A stretch of DNA of 64,000 nucleotides from Syntrophales bacterium (GTDB lineage: Bacteria > Desulfobacterota > Syntrophia > Syntrophales > UBA2210), in contig DAISYQ010000004.1 in the NCBI GenBank assembly GCA_036825195.1, positions 73,111 through 137,110 of the forward strand, given 5' to 3'. Numbering within the stretch: the first letter of the stretch is position 1; each line of letters begins with the position of its first letter. The notes under the pieces are model-generated. The model worked only from the letters and a program-made list of their open reading frames with translations, was not told the origin of the DNA and ran no database searches. The translations under genes were made by a program, and so were the position numbers. Below, in pieces: positions 58,560-64,000 of the stretch.

Positions 58560-59792
58560 CTAGAGTGTTTTCTTTTTTGTATTGACAACCGGTTGCAAAA
58601 ATAAAGCAGAAACTATGGCTGCAAATGTTGCCATGATACACATTCCAATAACATAATTATACGATCTAGTGACATCGTGAATCACTCCCGCAAGATAAGG
58701 ACCGATTGCAACGCCTATCCCTACTAATACTACTATAAAACCAATGATTTCTCCTGCATACTTAAACCCAAAATAGTCTACCGGGAAGGCTCCTATAATA
58801 CCTGCCCATACCCCATAGATTATACCAAAGATGATTGCGAATACAAAAAGCATCCATACTTCTGTTGCAAATAAAAGCCAGACAAGGGTAACTAATTGAC
58901 CAATAAACGAAAAAATATAAATATTTTTCCTTCCAAACTTATCCGAGAAATAACCTCCACAAATTCTCCCGAGCAAGCTGGACCCACCTATGATTCCTGC
59001 TATACTTCCTGACATAATCAATGTCATTCCTCGATCTGAGGTCAACATGACGATATGAGTCATAATAGTAAACAAGGCGATATCAATGAAGAGCCACGAA
59101 AGTGATAATGCCCAGAAAGTTCGTGTCTTGATGGCATCAGCAAGGGTGATATTTAGAGAATCTTGTATCGAGTAATGTGGAGATTGTTCGTAGGGACTTT
59201 TTTTAACAAACATTATAATTGGAATAAAAACAACCCAAGTAGTAATTCCCAAAATAACATATGTATTCCTCCATCCATAGGACGCAATCAACCAAGCACA
59301 AAGGGGATTGAAAACGAGCGCGCCACATCCAATACCGGTGGCCGTAAGACTAATGGCCATCCCTCTTTTTGTTATAAACCACCTTGAAACAGTTGCTATT
59401 ACTGGTGCATAGGTGCAAGCAATTCCCATTGAAAAGAAGACTCCATAGTACACATATAGTTGCCACGCATAATGTACGTGGCTCATAATGATCATAGAAG
59501 ATCCAAGGCATATGCCGGCAACGGTCAATATTTTCTGGGGGCCAACTTTATCCAGAGCCCTTCCGGCGAAGAAGGCCATAATATTATGTAAGATAGCATA
59601 AAAGCTGAAAGCTCCGGATATGAGAGCCCGACTCCATCCGAATTCCGCAGATAGAGGTTTAAAAAAGACTGCAAAAGAATATATAAGACCAAACCCGATA
59701 AAACAGGCAAAGAAAGAGAGGAGAACAACGATCCATCCATAGTAAAAGATAGAGGATTCTTCAAAAGTGAACATATCCGATAATTCACTCAT
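58560..59792 (-). CDS. MFS transporter
   Basis: 410 aa with about 12 predicted TM segments and typical MFS loop motifs (..GRALDKVGPQK.., ..FSDKFGRKN..). Confidence 0.85.
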   Translation of the reverse strand: MSELSDMFTFEESSIFYYGWIVVLLSFFACFIGFGLIYSFAVFFKPLSAEFGWSRALISGAFSFYAILHNIMAFFAGRALDKVGPQKILTVAGICLGSSMIIMSHVHYAWQLYVYYGVFFSMGIACTYAPVIATVSRWFITKRGMAISLTATGIGCGALVFNPLCAWLIASYGWRNTYVILGITTWVVFIPIIMFVKKSPYEQSPHYSIQDSLNITLADAIKTRTFWALSLSWLFIDIALFTIMTHIVMLTSDRGMTLIMSGSIAGIIGGSSLLGRICGGYFSDKFGRKNIYIFSFIGQLVTLVWLLFATEVWMLFVFAIIFGIIYGVWAGIIGAFPVDYFGFKYAGEIIGFIVVLVGIGVAIGPYLAGVIHDVTRSYNYVIGMCIMATFAAIVSALFLQPVVNTKKKTL

Positions 59793-60004
59793 TTATAGTA
59801 CCATATCTGTTGGATAATTTGTAAGATTTGTTGTCTGCTCACTCATTTCGCTCTTCGGTACGAAATAATAAGAAAGATGAAGGGGCAACCGTTGAACGGT
59901 CCTTTGAGCCATATTTGGCTGGGATCGGATCAACCAACCCCGATCTCCCTAAGTGTTTCGATTTCTATAGTGTTTTTATGTCAGTTTATTTAGGCAACCA
60001 TACA

Positions 60005-61486
60005 TCAATCCGTTACTACGATTAAAGATAGATCACACACATTATTGCCCGGTTCATTAAAGAAGATCGCATCCCCCAGTTTTATCAAAGCATACGAAGA
60101 ATCATGATCATGTAAGCATTGAGAAATATCAATATTTTTCTCCATAGTTCTGTGTAATGTGTACCCATCTACAATGCCACCGGCAATAGATGTTGGCCCA
60201 TCAGTTCCGTCTGTTCCTATAGAGGCAATAACAATATTATTGGATTCTTGGATTTTGAGTACGGCGCTTAAAACTGTCTCTTGATTGCGTCCACCCGATC
60301 CATGCTTATTGGGTATGGTAACCGTTTTTTCACCAGAGGTGATCACTACACAAGGCACTTTGAGAGGCCTTCCGTTTTTGGCTATTTCCTTTGCTATACC
60401 GGCAAGCATAATACCGACTTCTTTTGCTTCCCCTTCCAATGTTGTAGAGAGAATCATCGAGTTCAAGCCAAGCATTTTTTCAGCGGCTGTTTTTGCAGCA
60501 CATGCACTGGTTTCTGGATTTGCAAGTATGAACGTATGGTAATTAATGCCCATATTTTCATAATCAGTCACCGTCATCGAACCAAGCAGTGGGTTAAAGT
60601 GTAACAATCTGTTCTTTACGCTATACGGGATGTCATTCCATAGTGAGCTTTTCTTTAAGTTATGAATGATTGTGTTTGCATCATCAATATCATGATATCC
60701 CAAGATGGGTACCGTCGGGCCCCATCCCCAAGTATAACCGTCTTCGGATGTTATGGGATAATTCCATACGTAATCATTGACAACGAGATTTATAATTGCA
60801 GCAGGATATATGTACTGGGCCAGTCGTCCTCTGCTGAGTTGCGTTATTGCTGCCCTCACCGTATTAATTGTTTTAACATCGGCACCAGAATTTAAAAGCA
60901 GGTCATTGGTTGCTTGTATGTCTTCCAGATCAATTCCATTGATAGGTAATGTTGTTAAACTGGTACATCCACCTTGAACACAAAAGAATACTAAATCTCT
61001 TTTTTGTGCTTTTTTTGATATTTCGAGAATCTTCTTGGCTCCTCTCAGACCAACTTCATCAGGGATTGGATGTCCGCCTTGAAAGACTTCTATTCTTTGC
61101 AACTTTTTGATTCTTTCAAGACCCTTTTCCATAGTACCCATTTTTTTTTCAACAACAATGCCCTGGGTTATTCTATCTCCGAGGATTTCTTCCAACGCCT
61201 GTGCTATTTGTATAACCGCTTTTCCTGCACCTAAAACATAAATATTCTTGATCTCTGACAAATCATACGTCAGAGTATTTGATATCTTTAAAATATTATC
61301 TTCTATTTTTATTAAGTTTTTTGCCAGACAACACGCATCTATTGCTTCCATGGTGGAATCAATAATATCAAGTGCAATTTTCCGCCCTTTCATATTGCCG
61401 TGTGAAAGAAGTTCAGCTCGATTCTTAATTATCATGGTATCTTTCTTTTTTTCTGTATTTTTTACTTCTCGTCGAAGCAGTATCAT
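60005..61486 (-). CDS. DUF4147/MOFRL family protein (glycerate 2-kinase / TtuD-like)
   Basis: 493-aa ORF; the alternative start M18 is at 61435. Family motifs SGEKTVTI...GSGGRNQE and IGTDGTDGPT are present. Confidence 0.8.
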   Translation of the reverse strand: MILLRREVKNTEKKKDTMIIKNRAELLSHGNMKGRKIALDIIDSTMEAIDACCLAKNLIKIEDNILKISNTLTYDLSEIKNIYVLGAGKAVIQIAQALEEILGDRITQGIVVEKKMGTMEKGLERIKKLQRIEVFQGGHPIPDEVGLRGAKKILEISKKAQKRDLVFFCVQGGCTSLTTLPINGIDLEDIQATNDLLLNSGADVKTINTVRAAITQLSRGRLAQYIYPAAIINLVVNDYVWNYPITSEDGYTWGWGPTVPILGYHDIDDANTIIHNLKKSSLWNDIPYSVKNRLLHFNPLLGSMTVTDYENMGINYHTFILANPETSACAAKTAAEKMLGLNSMILSTTLEGEAKEVGIMLAGIAKEIAKNGRPLKVPCVVITSGEKTVTIPNKHGSGGRNQETVLSAVLKIQESNNIVIASIGTDGTDGPTSIAGGIVDGYTLHRTMEKNIDISQCLHDHDSSYALIKLGDAIFFNEPGNNVCDLSLIVVTD

Positions 61487-61489
61487 TAT

Positions 61490-62806
61490 TTAACAACAGG
61501 TATGATATTGTTCCAAAGGTAATGTATAGGTATCTGGTATGACAATTATTTTAGCTTTTTTACCCTGCTTTCTGATTGCGTAATCAAGCCCCTTTTCAAT
61601 TGACTGTATACATCTCATATTAAGCTTCTGTGCCTCATCTCGTGAAATCCCCTTCGCTCCGGCGAGCACTACTTCGTAGTCATGACATGTTTTCGCTATA
61701 TGATTGACATAATATACCAGTGCTTGATATTGGAGGTGTGGCTCCTGCCAAGCTCTTGAAGCCAATAACCACATAAGATGTGGATAATCATAATTCAGCA
61801 GGTCTTTTGACACGTGCCATCCTGACTCGAGATATTCCTCTGTTGACCAACCTTTTTTGCACGATGCAACGACAACAATAGTCCCGTCTTCTTTTAAGCA
61901 ATTGGACGCTATTCCTAATCCACCCATTGAAGACATAAAATAATCATCTTTGCCAATCCCTGGTGCCATTATGACAATGTCCGCTAAATGAGGAATTTTC
62001 GCTCCCCATACATGTTGATCTCCGTATTCGATACCTTTCAGGCGTGCCTCAAAAGGATCGCCGGCAAATACCTGTAATGGTTCTCCTTTACTGTTGTAGA
62101 CAACATTTACTATGAAATCTAAGCCTGCCATACGGGCGCATTCATCAGCGTCATCTCTTAAAGGATTTTTTAAAACACCTCGTCTGGGATATGAACCCGT
62201 GTGGTTATGAATAATGCTCCAGATACCCGAAACTCCGGCCATAATCATCTTTGCGCCGCCAGAATAACCCATATCCCCATGGGGGGCGATTCTTCCTATG
62301 GTTACTTTAATATCGGCGGCTGCAACGAATCTATTGACAAACAGAGGGGTTCCCAACTGTTCGGTAATGCCTATAAACTTCAATTCATTAAATTCATAAG
62401 CATTATGAGATATTACTTTATAATTTGAGAACACATCACTTCCGACTCTCTCTCTCAGTTTTTCCTGATTCATATACTCAGGATTATGCATACCATTTGC
62501 ACACACTAACGTAACATCTTCGTTTCGGATACCCCCTCTTTTCAATTCATCCAAAACAAAAGGCATCATAGTTGAAACAGGAGTAAGTCTTGTGAAATCA
62601 TCGAAGAGTAAAGCCACTTTTTTACCGGGAGAAACGATTTCGGACAGTTTCTTTTTTCCTATAGGTGCGGACAAAGCTTCCTGGGTAAGAGTTGAAACAT
62701 CTTTAGCAGGAGCAGGATCTTTTCCTTGTAAAACGGTAATGTTTTGATCAGGCAAAGGAATATTTATCGTAACACAGCAGCCATCGTAGGGAATCTTTAA
62801 GTCCAA
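61490..62806 (-). CDS. LarA-like (DUF2088) nickel-pincer-cofactor-dependent 2-hydroxyacid racemase/epimerase family protein
   Basis: ORF 61490..62845. The preferred start is the TTG at 62806, which has AAGGAG 7 nt upstream (MDLKIPYDG..). ..SAPIGKKKLSEIV..LLFDDFTRLTP.. and ..APHGDMGYSGGAKMIMAG...IHNH.. resemble LarA by eye. Confidence 0.7.
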   Translation of the reverse strand: MDLKIPYDGCCVTINIPLPDQNITVLQGKDPAPAKDVSTLTQEALSAPIGKKKLSEIVSPGKKVALLFDDFTRLTPVSTMMPFVLDELKRGGIRNEDVTLVCANGMHNPEYMNQEKLRERVGSDVFSNYKVISHNAYEFNELKFIGITEQLGTPLFVNRFVAAADIKVTIGRIAPHGDMGYSGGAKMIMAGVSGIWSIIHNHTGSYPRRGVLKNPLRDDADECARMAGLDFIVNVVYNSKGEPLQVFAGDPFEARLKGIEYGDQHVWGAKIPHLADIVIMAPGIGKDDYFMSSMGGLGIASNCLKEDGTIVVVASCKKGWSTEEYLESGWHVSKDLLNYDYPHLMWLLASRAWQEPHLQYQALVYYVNHIAKTCHDYEVVLAGAKGISRDEAQKLNMRCIQSIEKGLDYAIRKQGKKAKIIVIPDTYTLPLEQYHTCC

Positions 62807-63193
62807 TGTCGGGTCTCCTTTGTGAAATAGGTAATTGTGTAGCAATGATAAGGTTTCTTACAAGGATCCCGATAAAATCCTTTTAGTGAAAAACCAATTC
62901 GGTTTTCCGGACTCTACCCCCAAGATCGGATCCTGATTATAGTGTATTTTCAAGCCATTTCCAAACTGATAAAATCGTTTCTGTGTCATGTACACTCCAG
63001 ATACATTGGAATATCTGGAGGCACCGTACCGTCTCATCTAGGTATCTTTCAACAGATTGCGTGGTATTTTAAAGCATCGGAAGATTGCAACAGGATTAAA
63101 GGTTAGTATTCCACTGCCCTCAGAACTTGCCAATTCTTCATATATCGGAATTTGGTATAAACTTATTTCAACCAACTGCATGGCAATTGAAAA

Positions 63194-64000
63194 TTATCTA
63201 TTGTGTGGTAATACACTTCCATTTTTGTAAACGGCTTTGCCAGCGAGGGAATCACCTATTCTGATAAGCTCATTAACGCTGCTTTCGCCAGAAGAATATG
63301 CCCCAGCTATTTTACCCTGTCCCAAATTTTGTCCGACACAGAGATGAACAAGGTACGGATCCCAAAGTTCACCGGATCGAGGCGAAACAACTGTACCATA
63401 ACTCGCCGCCTTTGCGGTCTTAATTGTTTGAAATGTCTCTGTTAAGGTGCCAACTTGATTAGGTTTTACCACAATAGCGTTTGCGGCTCCCATGACAATT
63501 CCCTTTTCAAGCCGTTTTGTATTCGTCACAAAAAGATCATCCCCCAGGATTTGTACCTTATTCCCAATACGTTCGGTTAGAATTTTCCACCCTTCCCAAT
63601 CATCTTCGAACAACGGATCTTCAAGACTCACAATCGGATAATCAGCACATAACTTCACAAGCCATTCTATCATTTGGTCTCTTGAGAAAATCATTTTATT
63701 GCAGTCAAGATAATACAATCCATCACGGTACAGTTGATTCGCCGCAATATCTACATGAATGCCAAATTCATCCCAGGGCTCATAACCTTCATCTGTTATC
63801 AGTTGAGTTAAAATCGCAAAAGCTTCCTCGTTCGTATTGAATCGTGCAATCGGGATACCAGCTATTTTTGAATAATGCGCTGTCCCCTGTCCTGTCTTTG
63901 CTGCCATTATCCCACAAAGTTTTTTATATATACCGAGTGTGGAGATATATCCTGCCTTATAATTCTTTGCCTTAAGAGGGATTAGTGCATATTCTTGGAA
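63194..64000 (-). CDS. Divergent enolase-superfamily protein (enolase C-terminal barrel), 5' end outside the window
   Basis: The frame stays open upstream of the track ORF's first Met (..QEYALIPLKAKNYKAGYISTLGIYKKLCGIMAAK..), so the gene runs past 64000. Enolase-like motifs are SLEDPLFEDDWEGW, GDDLFVTN and VKPNQVGTLTET. However, it has SPRSGE instead of SHRSGE and no GDEGG equivalent. Confidence 0.7.
   Translation of the reverse strand, partial: FQEYALIPLKAKNYKAGYISTLGIYKKLCGIMAAKTGQGTAHYSKIAGIPIARFNTNEEAFAILTQLITDEGYEPWDEFGIHVDIAANQLYRDGLYYLDCNKMIFSRDQMIEWLVKLCADYPIVSLEDPLFEDDWEGWKILTERIGNKVQILGDDLFVTNTKRLEKGIVMGAANAIVVKPNQVGTLTETFQTIKTAKAASYGTVVSPRSGELWDPYLVHLCVGQNLGQGKIAGAYSSGESSVNELIRIGDSLAGKAVYKNGSVLPHNR

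Noticed and set aside
1-64000. Search for tRNA/rRNA genes, CRISPR arrays and tandem repeats
   Set aside because: Reading the intergenic regions by eye showed no T-loop/acceptor-stem patterns, no rRNA-like stretches, and no regularly spaced direct repeats. A tRNAscan/Infernal/CRISPR-finder run is still advisable, because visual scanning is not exhaustive.

Overview
Densely coding bacterial chromosomal window with no rRNA, tRNA, CRISPR array, integrase or transposase that I can see. Gene content (tungsten-type aldehyde:ferredoxin oxidoreductase, stand-alone TrpB2, TusA/DsrE-like sulfur carriers, an in-frame-UGA selenoprotein, a sigma-54 promoter) suggests an anaerobic Desulfobacterota/deltaproteobacterium-like organism; this is inference only. 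The window has two parts by eye. (1) ~1-38.2 kb is GC-rich and mostly housekeeping. It holds an RND efflux locus (TetR, adaptor, AcrB-like pump, OMF lipoprotein, divergent TolC-like and LpxR-like genes), asnA-asnS, and a beta-CASP RNase. It also holds a selenium/sulfur trafficking cluster (cysteine-desulfurase-like, YedF, DUF3343, ArsR, HesB-like selenoprotein, CutA, DsrE-like). Further genes are hsp20, an HDAC-like deacetylase, a carboxyltransferase, plsC, rarA, trpB2, purD-purH-purE-tsaC, a K+ channel, hpt, gltX and a Cys/Met PLP enzyme. (2) ~38.3-64 kb is visibly more AT-rich and accessory. A 17.7-kb block, all on the minus strand, is bracketed by ~257-bp direct repeats. It encodes a TRAP transporter, AOR, Fe-ADH, TetR, a cytoplasmic Mo/W-bisPGD oxidoreductase with AsrA/AsrB-like electron-transfer subunits, an acyl-CoA ligase, a crotonase and an SDR. 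After it comes a GC-normal gdhA with a textbook sigma-54 promoter. The last segment is a second AT-rich stretch (MFS transporter, MOFRL glycerate-kinase-like, LarA-like nickel-pincer enzyme, divergent enolase-like gene running off the window). The most interesting points follow. A HesB/IscA-like selenoprotein gene was split by the ORF caller at an in-frame TGA. A leader peptide with three consecutive Trp codons plus tandem terminators lies upstream of stand-alone trpB2. The Mo/W-bisPGD + AsrAB-like three-gene operon sits inside the repeat-bracketed island. The LarA-like/MOFRL/enolase-like/MFS cluster is uncharacterised. All functional calls rest on motif and family recognition by eye; no database search was run.
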